Assembly: GCA_010909165.1 (NCBI GenBank)
Contig: VJWM01000203.1
Coordinates: 1 to 64,000, forward strand
Origin: Anthoceros angustus
Taxonomy: Eukaryota; Plantae; Anthocerotophyta
Length of the DNA stretch: 64,000 nt
Direction: 5' to 3'
Shown here piece after piece: positions 36,766 through 49,472 of the stretch. The notes under the pieces were generated by a model that was not told the DNA's origin, ran no database searches, and saw only the letters and a program-made list of their open reading frames with translations. The first letter of the stretch is position 1, and every line of letters begins with the position of its first letter. Both the position numbers and the translations under genes were made by a program.

Positions 36766-39700
36766 ATGGCGGGTGGGGTTCTGGGTCTTATAGAACGAAG
36801 AGCTTCAGCTCGTCTGACTTCAAGCAACCAACCGTCGGCGCATTTGAGCACCCTTGCAAGACATCCAGCTCGTCCAACAGGATGGCTGCCTGGAGACGGA
36901 TTTGCCAGCGAGGGTGGTCGCCAGGAAGAGTTGTGGCAACAGTTTTTTCGGGACCCTGCAATCTGGTGGGATAACAGGAACCACAGGAATGGCCTCGTTG
37001 CTGACTTCCAGCACAGGCAGTCCCAAGAGGTCCTCTGGTTGAACAACGTCTACAAGCCGGCTTGGGTGGATGCGCAACTTGCTGCTCTGGATATGGGGCT
37101 GGGTCGCAGGGCTGCAGGTGATCATTGCTTGGTAACCGCAGAAGCCGTGAAGAGACTATGTCATGAGGGCCATCTCAGTCAGGCTGTTCAGGCTTTGGAG
37201 CTGCTGGTAGAGACAGACCGTCGTATTTGCAGACCTCTCTTTTACGATGTTTTGAAGAAATGCCAGAAGGATTTCAATCTGAGTCGCCGAGTGCATGCTT
37301 GTGTGGTGAAAAAGGGCTACCAGTCAGACAGGTTCTTGTGCAACCACGTGATGCGAATGTATGCTTCTCATGGCCGGTTGGAAGAGGCGATGGACGTCTT
37401 TGAGACCGTTGCCCAACCGGATGCCTTCATCTGGTGTTCCATAATATCTGCGCATGCCAAACACGGACAGGACAGAGAGGCCATACAACTGTATCACCGG
37501 ATGCGCAGGTCAAGCGTGAAGCCAGACGGCCATGTATTCGTGGCAGCCCTTCAGGCTTGTGCAAGGGGCGAAGATTTGAAATCAGGGCAACAGGTGCATG
37601 CTGATATTTTGGCCACTGGCGTTGCACCTCATTTGTTTGTCTATAACTGCTTGGTGAACATGTATGTCAAATGTGGCAGCTTGGAAGACGCTCACAGGCT
37701 TTTCGACGGACTTGCTCAAAAGGATGTGGTGACGTGGACTGCCATGATAGCAGGATATTCCCAGCAGGGCATGGGGCAGGAAGCCCTTCGTCTGTACAGG
37801 GGTATGGTGGTGGATGGCATGGCTGAACCCAACTCCGTAACATTTGCGTGCCTTCTGCGGGCCTGTGCAGCTGTGGGCACTATGGCATTGGCGGAGGGGA
37901 AGCAGCTTCATATGCAAATCAAAGAACGAGGACATCAAGCTGATGTGTTTGTAGCCAACAGCTTGGTGAACATGTATGCAAAGTGTGGCAGTTTGGAAGA
38001 CGCTCAGAAAGTGTTTGACACACTTGATAAAAAAGACTTGGTGTCGTGGAATTCCATGATGGCAGGATATTCCCAGCAAGGCGCTGGTCAGGAGGCCCTT
38101 CGTTTATATAGGGCTATGCAAGAAGACAGCTTGGCTGTGCCGGATTCTGTGACATTTGTTTGCCTCCTACAGGCGTGTGCAAGTGTGGGCACCCAGGCCC
38201 TGGAGAAGGGGAAGCAGCTTCATGCCCGAATTAAAGAAGAAGGACATGAGGGTGACCTGTTTGTAGCCAACAGTTTGTTGAACATGTATGCAAAGTGTGG
38301 CAGCTTCCAGGATGCTCAGAGACTATTTGATGCACTTGATCGGAAAGATGTGGTGACATGGAATGTTATGATAGCAGGGTATTCCCAGCAGGGCATGGGT
38401 TTGGAAGCCCTTAGTCTCTACAGTGCCATGATAGAAGAAGGTATGGCGAAACCTGATTCTGTGACATTCGTGTGCCTTCTTCAGGCATGTGCTAGTGTGG
38501 GCACCACTGTGTTGGAGACGGGCAAGCAGCTTCATGCTCAAATCCAAGCACAAGGACATTATTCTGATATGTTTGTAGCCAACAGTTTGGTGAACATGTT
38601 TGCGAAGTGTGGCAGCTTGAAGGATGCCCAGAGAGTGTTTGACAGACTTGATCAAAAAAATGTGGTGACGTGGAATGCCATGATAGCAGGCTATTCCCAG
38701 CAGGGCATGGGGCAAGAAGCTCTGCGTCTGTACAATAGTATGCAACAAGAAGGCATGGCTGTACCGGATTCTGTGACATTCGTGTGCCTCCTTCAAGCAT
38801 GCACAAGTGTAGGGACCTCGGCTTTCGAGGATGGGAAGCAGCTTCACATGCAGATATTGGAACGGGGACATCAAGTCGATGTGTTCGTAGCCAACAGCTT
38901 GGTGAACATGTATCTAAATTGTGGCAACTTAGAAGAAGCTCAGAGAGTGTTCGATGACCTTGATGCAAAGGACTTGGTTACCTGGAATCTCATGATAGCC
39001 GGGTATTCCCAGCAAGGTATGGGGCAGGAGTCCCTTGATCTCTACAGTAATATGCAAGGAGAGGGCATAGTTGTACCTGATGCTGTGACATTTGTGTGGC
39101 TCCTGCAGGCTTGTGCAACTGTGGGCACTCTGTCATTGGAGAAGGGGAGTCAGCTTCATATGAAAATCAGAGAGCTGGGGTACCAAGCTGACATATTGGT
39201 AGGCAACAGTTTGGTGAACATGTATGCCAAGTGTGGCAGCGTGGAACATGCACGCTCAGTTTTTGACGGACTTGGTGAAAAAGACGTGGTGACATGGAAT
39301 GCCATGATAGCAGGGTATTCTCAGCAAGGCATGGGGAAGGAGGCCCTTTGTCTTTACAGAAGTATGCAAGCGGGCAGCATGGCTGTACCTGATTCCGTGA
39401 CATTTGTGTCCCTTTTGCAGGCATGTGCAAATGTAGGCACCCAGGCATCGGAGAAGGGGAAGCAGCTTCATGTGGAGATACTAGAACGAGGACATGAAGC
39501 TGATCTGTTTGTGGCCAGCAGTTTGGTGAGCATGTATGCAATGTGTGGCAGCTTGGAGGATGCTCGGAGAGTGTTTGACACACTTGGTGAGAAAAACGTG
39601 GTGACCTGGAATGCCATAATGGCTGGGTATTCTCAGCAGGGCATGGGGCAGGAAGCTCTTCACCTGTACAGAGCTATGCAGGAAGAGGGCAAGGCAGTTC

Positions 39701-41145
39701 CTGATTCTGTGACATTTGTGTGCCTCTTGCAGGCATGTGCAAGTCTGGGCACCATGGCGCTGGAGAAGGGGAAGCAGTTTCATATGGAGATCAAGGAACG
39801 AGGATATGAAGCTGATGTATTTGTAAGCAGCAGCTTGGTGAACATGTATGCAAAGTGTGGCAGGATGGAAGATGCTCAGGCATTGTTTGAAGGACTCGGT
39901 CAGAAAGATTTGGGGACATGGAATGCCATGATAGCAGGGCTTTCTTACCAGGGCATGGAGCAGGATGCTTTCCTTCTCTACAGCACTATGCAAGAGAGAG
40001 GGATGGCTCCGGATTCCGTGACATTCATTTGCCTCTTGCAAGCATGTGCAACTGTTGGAGCCCTGGCGTTGGAGAAGGGGAAGCAGCTTCATGTGCAAAT
40101 CGAAGAACGAGGATGTCAATCTGACTTGTTAGTAGCTAACAGTTTGGTTAACATGTATGCAAAGTGTGGTAGCTTGGAAGATGCTCAGAGGGTGTTTGAT
40201 AAACTTGGCGAAAAAAATGTGGTGACATGGAATTCCATGATCTCAGGGTATTCTCAGGTGGGAATGGGGCAGGAAGCCCTTCGTTTGTATGGCGCTATGC
40301 TAGAAGAAGGCATGGCTGTGCCGGATTCTGTGACATTCGTCTTCCTCCTGCAAGCATGTGCGAATGTTGCAGCTTTGGATCTTGGAAGGCAGCTGCATGC
40401 AAAGATTTTGGAACAAGGGCTTCAAACTGATGTGTTTGTAGCCGGCAGTTTGATTAACATGTACGGAAAGTCTGGGAGCACTGTTGATGCACAGCATGTG
40501 TTTGATGTGTTACCGGAAAGAGACGTAGTCATCTGGAATGGACTGATTGCAGGCTACACCTGTCAAGGCGACAGTGGAGCAGTTTTTCACCTGGTCCAGA
40601 GAATGAGCGGGGATGGCCTATTTCCAGATGGAATCACATTCTTAAGTGTACTGACAGTGTGTAGTCATGCTGGCCTAGTGAGGACAGGGCAGGAGTACTT
40701 CGACGCTATGAGCAGACACTACGGCATCATTCCCACGGAAAACCACTACATCTGCATGGTAGATCTCCTGAGTCGTGCAGGGCAACTGGATGAGGCACTA
40801 GGTTTTGTAAGGACAATGCCTGTACTGCCTAACGCAGCAGTTTGGCACACTCTCTTGGGTGCTTGTCGGAAGTGGAGCAACGTGGAGGTCGGATGCTGTT
40901 CTTTCAATGAAGCAATGAAGCTAGACAAGAACGATGCTGCAGCATATCAGTTGATGTTGAATATATACACCGGCGCCCAGATGTGGGAGCAGGCACAGAA
41001 GGTGCAGGCGAGGAGAACAAGTGTCAGGGCATGGAAGCAGCCAGGTCAGAGCTGGTGGACGGACAAGGATGGACTAGTACACAGTTTCTTGGTGGGGGAT
41101 GAGAACTTGAAGCATCCTCAGAGTCAAACAAGGCTTCGTCCATGA
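36766..41145 (+). CDS. PLS-class PPR protein (~35 motifs), N-terminal OSB-type PDF motif, E1-E2 and truncated DYW:WW
   Basis: Intronless. First ATG in good context at 36766 (the ORF track starts at TTG 36742), giving 1459 aa. R/S-rich transit-peptide-like start; 10 P1L1S1 triplets plus P2L2S2, E1, E2, then PGQSWWTDKDGLVHSFLVGD...HPQS with no HxE or CxxC. Confidence 0.92.
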   Translation: MAGGVLGLIERRASARLTSSNQPSAHLSTLARHPARPTGWLPGDGFASEGGRQEELWQQFFRDPAIWWDNRNHRNGLVADFQHRQSQEVLWLNNVYKPAWVDAQLAALDMGLGRRAAGDHCLVTAEAVKRLCHEGHLSQAVQALELLVETDRRICRPLFYDVLKKCQKDFNLSRRVHACVVKKGYQSDRFLCNHVMRMYASHGRLEEAMDVFETVAQPDAFIWCSIISAHAKHGQDREAIQLYHRMRRSSVKPDGHVFVAALQACARGEDLKSGQQVHADILATGVAPHLFVYNCLVNMYVKCGSLEDAHRLFDGLAQKDVVTWTAMIAGYSQQGMGQEALRLYRGMVVDGMAEPNSVTFACLLRACAAVGTMALAEGKQLHMQIKERGHQADVFVANSLVNMYAKCGSLEDAQKVFDTLDKKDLVSWNSMMAGYSQQGAGQEALRLYRAMQEDSLAVPDSVTFVCLLQACASVGTQALEKGKQLHARIKEEGHEGDLFVANSLLNMYAKCGSFQDAQRLFDALDRKDVVTWNVMIAGYSQQGMGLEALSLYSAMIEEGMAKPDSVTFVCLLQACASVGTTVLETGKQLHAQIQAQGHYSDMFVANSLVNMFAKCGSLKDAQRVFDRLDQKNVVTWNAMIAGYSQQGMGQEALRLYNSMQQEGMAVPDSVTFVCLLQACTSVGTSAFEDGKQLHMQILERGHQVDVFVANSLVNMYLNCGNLEEAQRVFDDLDAKDLVTWNLMIAGYSQQGMGQESLDLYSNMQGEGIVVPDAVTFVWLLQACATVGTLSLEKGSQLHMKIRELGYQADILVGNSLVNMYAKCGSVEHARSVFDGLGEKDVVTWNAMIAGYSQQGMGKEALCLYRSMQAGSMAVPDSVTFVSLLQACANVGTQASEKGKQLHVEILERGHEADLFVASSLVSMYAMCGSLEDARRVFDTLGEKNVVTWNAIMAGYSQQGMGQEALHLYRAMQEEGKAVPDSVTFVCLLQACASLGTMALEKGKQFHMEIKERGYEADVFVSSSLVNMYAKCGRMEDAQALFEGLGQKDLGTWNAMIAGLSYQGMEQDAFLLYSTMQERGMAPDSVTFICLLQACATVGALALEKGKQLHVQIEERGCQSDLLVANSLVNMYAKCGSLEDAQRVFDKLGEKNVVTWNSMISGYSQVGMGQEALRLYGAMLEEGMAVPDSVTFVFLLQACANVAALDLGRQLHAKILEQGLQTDVFVAGSLINMYGKSGSTVDAQHVFDVLPERDVVIWNGLIAGYTCQGDSGAVFHLVQRMSGDGLFPDGITFLSVLTVCSHAGLVRTGQEYFDAMSRHYGIIPTENHYICMVDLLSRAGQLDEALGFVRTMPVLPNAAVWHTLLGACRKWSNVEVGCCSFNEAMKLDKNDAAAYQLMLNIYTGAQMWEQAQKVQARRTSVRAWKQPGQSWWTDKDGLVHSFLVGDENLKHPQSQTRLRP

Positions 41146-41400
41146 ACACCTGCCCTTGCCTCCATTTCAGCCAGGGTTTCACAAGCTTGCATTGCAGTCA
41201 CAAAGGGTACTGCTTTTGGCTTCACCCCCGCCTCTAGCATTTGTTCATACAGCTGCAAGGCGAGCTCCCCTTGCTCCCTTCGAGTATATGCTGCAAGCAT
41301 CGCATCCCAAGACATCCCACTGCGCGAAGGTATCCCATCCAAACACCTGCTGTGCATTGTCGATGCTCCCACACTTTGCATACATATGAACCGGTGTGTT
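41124..41400 (-). pseudogene. Inverted PPR fragment (end of S, P, start of long L motif)
   Basis: GIPSRSGMSWDAMLAAYTRREQGELALQLYEQMLEAGVKPKAVPFVTAMQACETLAEMEARAGVHGRSLV. Confidence 0.8.
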
Positions 41401-42652
41401 GCCTATAATCACACGTGTGAAGCAAGGCCGTGGGCGACAGCGTCAGCAATGACTTTCATTTTTCCTGGTGTCTTAAACCTGCTCAGCAAGCTGATGGAGG
41501 GAGGCAGAAAAACAGAAAAAACTTCATGCACCCAAATGTGGTCTCCCATGGGGTCTCCCTGGTGTCCCCGGCTGTCGTCTTATGACGTAAGCCCCGGTCC
41601 AAAGGGCATGCATGGGCTGAAACCCCACAGCCATCATTTACACTGTGGACGCGGGCGGTACGATACGTCATGTACTAGAGATTTGATGTGTAACAGCCGT
41701 TCATCTCACATACTGTATGTACATATTTGCTTCCATACAGAATCCATCGGTACCATGCAGTCACGCACGAATTGTGAATTTGTTGATTCACATTGTAACC
41801 GGTTGCCGATTCTTTCAGAATGCCCTAGGACGAGGGGAGCGAATCCTCTACTCCAGCTGAAATCTCAGGCCGAGAAGCTGACCAATTGGATCTTGTTTCT
41901 GAGACGCGGATGATCCAGCTCTACACGGTGGGAACGCTGATCACTCCAAGCAACAAACATCATCTCGTGTCGAGGCGGCTTACCTCTTACTTCGACGTGT
42001 TAATCCTTTGGGATTACTGCAAGCAGCAGCTTTTATGGCTGCAAGTTGTTGTGCACTCGGAGCTTGAGGTAGCTAGCTACCAATGTGCATCCTGATGAGA
42101 AGGAAAGAAGTGCAGTTTGTCAATCCCTAGCGATGATTGCTTCTTCCCTTCCCTTCCCTTCCCTTCCCTTCAGGTTGTAGATCAAGTACATATGGCTGGT
42201 TCAGGTTGCAAATTATGCATATCCTTTCAGAGACGTCGGGGATGGACGAGTCGTAGCTTGCTGTCCGGAGCGTGGTGGGTTGAGAGATACGACACCAGAA
42301 ACGTAGAATTTGGGTTGCCGAATCCTGAAAAGAAGAAGTAGGGTTGCCCAAGAGCTATCTGAGTGTGCTGCATACATTGTGTTTCTCGTACGAACAACGC
42401 CGAGCATGACCTCGAGCTCTCATGGGATACACTGTACACAATTCATCCATTTGGTGGAACCGGCTATAGCATAGAGGAGGGGCCAATCTGCAATGCGGAG
42501 AAGGGTATGTATGGAGATTTCGTGGACTGGTGCAGTTGAAGGTACATATGCCGCGGAGTTGGTTGCGGAGCCCGTGGACGATGTCAACACTGACAGGCGG
42601 GGGTTGTTAATTAAACAAGGAGCAATGAAGTGGTGCAAAGGTGTGGAGGGGT

Positions 42653-44774
42653 CTAGCCAATGGCGCTGGAAGCGTTTTGCAGGGCGACAACCAAGTCCTC
42701 AGTGCTTGCACTGCTTCCAGCAACCAGCTGCAGGAAAGCACAGGTGAGAAAAAGGAGAAGGGGTTAGCATGCAGGATAACGCTGTATGGTGGCCCAGGGC
42801 ATGTTTGTGCTGGAGGGGCAGAAGTCGTAGTACCTGGACCGTGATGAAGTGTACAGTGTTGTCATCCACGGTTGTGACATTCCCTTGGAGAAGATCCACT
42901 TTGCACTCATCCAAGGCATGTAAGATGCGGAACACCAGACCAGGGCTTCTGCTGCAGATGATCTTGATGACAGCTTGATCTCTCAGCTTTTGAACCTCCA
43001 CTTGGGCCGGCTCCTCTGCTGCGGCAGCTGCTACTGAGGCCGCCTGGTGAGGAGGGCCGGCTAGAGAGGCTTGGCGCTGGTGGTAAGGTAACACTGTGTC
43101 ATGATCAGATCCTGCAGCACACATGGTAACACTGGCCTGATCCAGCGAGTCTGCTTCCGCCTCCGCCTCCGCCTCCGCCTGCTGCTGCTCGTTGGGGAAG
43201 GCGGTATTGGTGGGGTTGCTGGTGGTCTTTTTGACGTCGGACGACAGCATGGGCAAGGGCAAGGGCAAGGGCAAGGACAAGGGCAAAGGCCCCTTCCTCG
43301 CGGCCTTGCAGGCTTGAAGGTGCTTCAAAGTCTTCTCCAGCTCCAACACATAATTGATGGTGTCTCCCACGATGGACGCCTTGTCTTTCTACGCGGCGCG
43401 CAGTGAAGACGGATGGTCATCAACCGAGCACCGAGCAGCAAAAGGGAATGCGACAGAGCAAGACAGAGACATGGACGGAGACAGATTCATTAAAAGGGCA
43501 GGGCAGGGCGGGGCAGGGCAGGGCAGGGCAGGGCAGAGAGAGTGAGTGAGTGTGGTTGGTGTGTGTACCTTGGTGGCTTTGGGAATCATGGAGCGCAGAG
43601 CGGTGAACTTTTCGTTCATCTCCTCCCGGCGCTGTCGCTCGGCCATGATGTGGTTTTCTCGCTGGAACTGGCTGCGATGTGGGCTGCGTTCCAGCGGAGC
43701 GCCTGCATTGGCAGCGGCGGCTGCCAGCATTTCTGCCTGGCACAGAGCCCGGTAGCTGGCCATGGCATCCTGGGTGGGGGCGGTGGTGGCCTGGTTCTGC
43801 AGCTCCCTTTCTGCGGCTTCCTGTTCCCGCTGGCCATGGCACTCCTGCTCCTCTCCCAGCTGCAGAAACAGGGTGGCGCTGTTGAGGCCCCGGAGGCGCG
43901 GCGCTCCCGGACCAGGACCAGGTCCAGGGCTGCTGCAGCTCGGCTGCTGCTGCAGGCTGCTGCCGTAGGACATGAAGTCTCGCAGAGCTTGTAGCTGCGG
44001 AGAGTTTGTTGCGGCGCTGCTGCTGCCGCTCATTGCCATGGTTTTGTAGGGAAGGTGGTTGTAGTGAAGGTAGCTGCTGCTGCTGCTGCCGGAAGCAGCG
44101 CAAGCTGCGTCCTGCTGCAAACCATGCCGCTCCTGCTGATGCTTGTAGGGGAACATGGTGGCCTCCCCATGGCCACCTCCGTCCAAGCCTGTTCTGTTAC
44201 AGTAGGCTGCAAGCGGGAAGACGAGGCTGCTGCTGCCGCCGCTGCCGTTTCCGCAGTCGGAGGCAGAGCTGGAGGATGGCGGCACGCACGCTGCTGCTGC
44301 TCCTGAGGCAGCACTTGCGGCTGCTGCTGCTGCTGCTGAAGTGTAGAGACAGCCCAGAGATTCCTGCGGGAGAATTAAGTGGTGCTGCGGATGCTGCGGG
44401 CCCGAGAGAGGAGCCGGCCAGTAGGAAGGTGTTGCCGCTGCCGCCGCAGCAGCAGCAGCAACTGCTTGCTGGTTGAGCATCATGTTGAGATCCAGCTCCA
44501 CCTGGTCGGCATGCGATAATTCCAGCTTCAACACGGTTCCCGTTCCGGTCGCAGTCCCGGTAGAGTCCCCGGCGGCGGCGGCGGCGCAGGCGTCGACGGC
44601 GGACGAGTCGATGAGGCCCATCATGTTGAGCTCCGGTACTCTGTAGAAGGTGGAGTGCTGCTGTTGCTGCTGTGGCTGCAGGGCCTGGAGGAAAATTGGT
44701 GAAGCTGCTGAATCCAAGTGCGATTGCAATTTGGAGTGGCCACTCCCGCTCCCGATCCCACTCCGCAATGACAT
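42653..44774 (-). CDS. bHLH transcription factor with C-terminal ACT-like domain, 3 exons
   Basis: Exons 44774-43569, 43388-42834, 42727-42653, all GT-AG. RENHIMAERQRREEMNEKFTALRSMIPKATK|KDKASIVGDTINYVLELEKTL; ACT-like IKIICSRSPGLVFRILHALDECKVDLLQGNV. Subfamily not assigned. Confidence 0.9.
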
Positions 44775-46635
44775 TGCAGAGTTCCTGGGCTAGGCTGGGC
44801 CTCGCCTCACCACGCCAGGCTTAGCTAGCACTGTGTCCGAGAGAGTTGAATTTGCAAATGCGCCATTCCGAAAATGAAAATGCGGCTGGGCGGGACAGCG
44901 CCGCCACTGCCACCTCCAACAGGGGACAGGCAACAGGCCTGCCGGCATGAAAGCGCTTTGCTTTGCTTTGCTTTGCTTTGCGGAAGCAGCCAGGACCAGG
45001 AGCGTTTGTTTCAAAATTCCAGGCAGCTGGCAGGATGTAGCAAGGAGGGGAAGGGAGGGGAAGGGAGGGGAAGGGTGGGGAAGGGAGGGAAGGGAAGAGG
45101 GAGGCTTGGCTCCTGGGACCTGGACGAGCAGGAGCAGGAGCAGGTAGGAGGGGAGGGAGCAGGGAGCCTGGTCCTGGAGGGAGTAGAGATGGTATGATGG
45201 CGCTAACTAACCCTTTTTACTGCTGCTACTGCGGGATACGCCGGGGTGCCGCGGGTAAACTAGCCAACCACTCATAGTTACGTGCAACTCATAAATGCAA
45301 GTGCGCCAGCAGCAGGCCAGCCCGACCTGGGCTCCAGCCCAGGCGTTTGAGTTATGATTGATGTTGCCTTGGCGTCAAGGCAAGCACAGCACAGCACACT
45401 CGAACGCACTCCACAAGCACTCCTACTTCGCAGGGGAGGAGAGGATCTGAAGCCACACCGATTTCTCACCCACCCCACTCCACACACATTTCTCTCTTCA
45501 CAAGCCAAAGACTCTTCCCCTTCTTCACAACTCCCACCCTAGTCTACCGATCCAAAGGAATCTCTCTGTCGTCACGCTCGAAATCGGATCACACCTCCCG
45601 AGTCCCGAGGGAGCCGGAAGCTGCCTACCCATGTATGTACGTACATCCCGTTCCTACATCATCCACACCCGACACAATTATACCTAAATAAGTACGCAAT
45701 ACTTTCTCCACATACAGTAATAAACTTACAACACATATATATAACCCCATACATAAACAGGTAACAGTAGCTCGTTAATTAAGTGGGAAACAGGGAGGGA
45801 ACCGAAACCAGAACGTTACCAACAGCACCGCGCGCTTCCAATGGCATTCAATGCACACCACCTAGCCTACACGGCATTTAAATTCCACCCTTGGCCGTTG
45901 CAACTGCCGTCCCGCTATATAACCTACCCTGTTTCTGTTCCTGTTCCTGTTCCTGTTCCTTCCCGCACGCAGCACCGCATACTAGCCGATTCCACGGACT
46001 CCAGCGGACCCTAGAGGCTTTGCGCCCCGCTCGCTTGTCAGCGGCAAGTTAGACGTCACCCGCGCTATCTACCTACGTGGTAACATACTTATATCCACTA
46101 GCAAACTAGGGAACGGAACTATCTAGCAACACACCTGTTTCTCCGCCAGTCTGGCGGGGCACACAACATCCTACACACTGCCGCACACAAAATCCTTCAA
46201 ATTTACGCGTGTTCCAAACATATATCGCTAAGTTCCACACGACAATTTCTGCCTTCCGGCCCTTTAACCACCAGCGCCCAATCCGAGCCCTAGCCCTAGC
46301 CCATCTCCGACACCACCAACTGTCTGTATACAATGATGCTACGCCTTAAAAAATCTGCCACAAAATGGAATGGGGTTGGCATCCACGGAACAGAGATTTA
46401 AAGACCTACTACATGTACTACACTACACTACTCTACCCTACTCTAACCTTATACACCACAAAGGATAGGATGGATTAGGATGTACTATCCTGTCGGCAAT
46501 TGCTGCCCGCAACATAGAGTAACACTAGATCATTGCAACTTCCACCACAGAACTAGCCCAAGCGTTGACAGGGTCGCCGTTATATCCTCACAAGGCCCAC
46601 CTCCTGATCTATCAACATCACGTCTTCCTGAGGAA

Positions 46636-48120
<1,485 letters not shown>

Positions 48121-48530
48121 TCAGTCCCTCCGCTGCCACGCTCCAGATGATGCGCTACAGGCTGAGGTGCCGAGTGTCAATCATTCCCCCTGGCCTTAGC
48201 AACAGAAAAAACAAATGCAAAATGATTGCAGGCTCCTCCGCAACTTGCAAGGCCAATGTCGGCTTCCAGCTCCCTCGCTCACAGCGTAACGGACATGGAA
48301 CCGGGAGGGCCCGCGCACAAAGATGCAGCTAAAATCGAGCCCTGGCCACTAATAAGCAGAGGCTGGCCGGCTCCCCAGGGCCTGGCAGCCATGGCTGTGG
48401 TGCACGCCACAAGCAACCCTGCTTCGCCGCATTGCAGCCAGCCAGCGAATTTGTGCACACAAACAGCGCATGCCCGCGCGCATGAGATGCAGGCCTGCTA
48501 CGAGAGCGCCACACGAGGGCGTGGTGCAGG

Positions 48531-48914
48531 ATGCACGCACTTCACTCCCGCCTCTGCAAGCTCACCCGAGCCCCAGCCCGGCCCCGGCCCCGGCCCCAGC
48601 CGGACCAGCAGCTGCTCAGAGCCCCTAGTAAAAGCCTGCTGAGCAGATTGGAGAGCCTGACGGATCCGATGGCTGTGTACCTGCAGAAGCGGCAGCACCA
48701 GCAGCCAGCACTAGCAGCGAAAGATAAAAGAGTTGCTGCTGAAAGGAGGTTGCGGGCAGCAGGTCAGGACACCCAGCCCAGGCAGGGGAGGGAAGGGAAA
48801 CTCGAAAGACGTTTTACGAAAAAACGCAGCAGGCATACGCCTGGCCTAAACGTCCTGACTAGGGCCCTTGGGAATGGAGCCCCTTTTAGGCCGGGCGCCT
48901 TCGCCCAGGTCTGA
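48531..48914 (+). CDS. Putative small protein (127 aa), divergent from ROP
   Basis: ATG-start ORF with an R/P-rich N-terminus like the neighbouring genes; no recognised domain. Confidence 0.3.
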   Translation: MHALHSRLCKLTRAPARPRPRPQPDQQLLRAPSKSLLSRLESLTDPMAVYLQKRQHQQPALAAKDKRVAAERRLRAAGQDTQPRQGREGKLERRFTKKRSRHTPGLNVLTRALGNGAPFRPGAFAQV

Positions 48915-49472
48915 TGACTCTGACACGGGCAAAACAGCAACTCTCCTGCCACCCAGCTGAGCCGCTAGCTCCATTTTTGAACATCGCTGTGCACACATGT
49001 ACATGTCATATTTTGAAGACGCTACACCTACAGTAGTTCGGAAAAATGGCGAGACGTGGAGGCACACGTACACAGTAGCTGGATTTTTACTCGGAGTTTG
49101 GTACCGGTACCAATGCGTCATCGACTTGTCCCCTTTTTCCCGAGCAAGAGGAGGAATGAGCTTTTATTGGGCATGACGTGGGTAGGTAGTGTTATGGAAA
49201 GCCTTCTTCCTGGCCAGTATTTCATAAAACGAGGCTCATTGTGGTGGCTGGCTCCGGATCAAACATGCATGAAATGCTGGGTCCCTAGGGCCTTCCTGAC
49301 AGCCTGGGTTCCTGTTTTCTGTTGACTGACCTGGCCAGATGCCCGCCCTCAGAGGTCCTTCGGCCATTCTGGCCGAGCTACATCGTGGAGACAGGCCATG
49401 CCCCCAAAATAATAAGACCCCTCTGCCTCCGCTACACATACACTCGCTCCCTCTCCCTGGATGAAGAATCTG

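Noticed and set aside
37427-40928. Many minus-strand and alternate-frame ORFs over the large PPR
   Set aside because: Shadows of the repetitive PPR coding sequence; they repeat with the same period and carry no domains.
41886-42440. Small gene or extra PPR exons between the PPR and bHLH
   Set aside because: Splice-like sites exist, but no coherent or recognisable protein results.
43420-44476. Overlapping ORFs within the bHLH exon
   Set aside because: Products of GCA/GCT low-complexity repeats in alternate frames.
44950-46000. Microsatellite-rich region as a novel element
   Set aside because: Ordinary (CTTTG)n, (GGGAA)n and (CTGTTC)n tracts in the bHLH leader and promoter.
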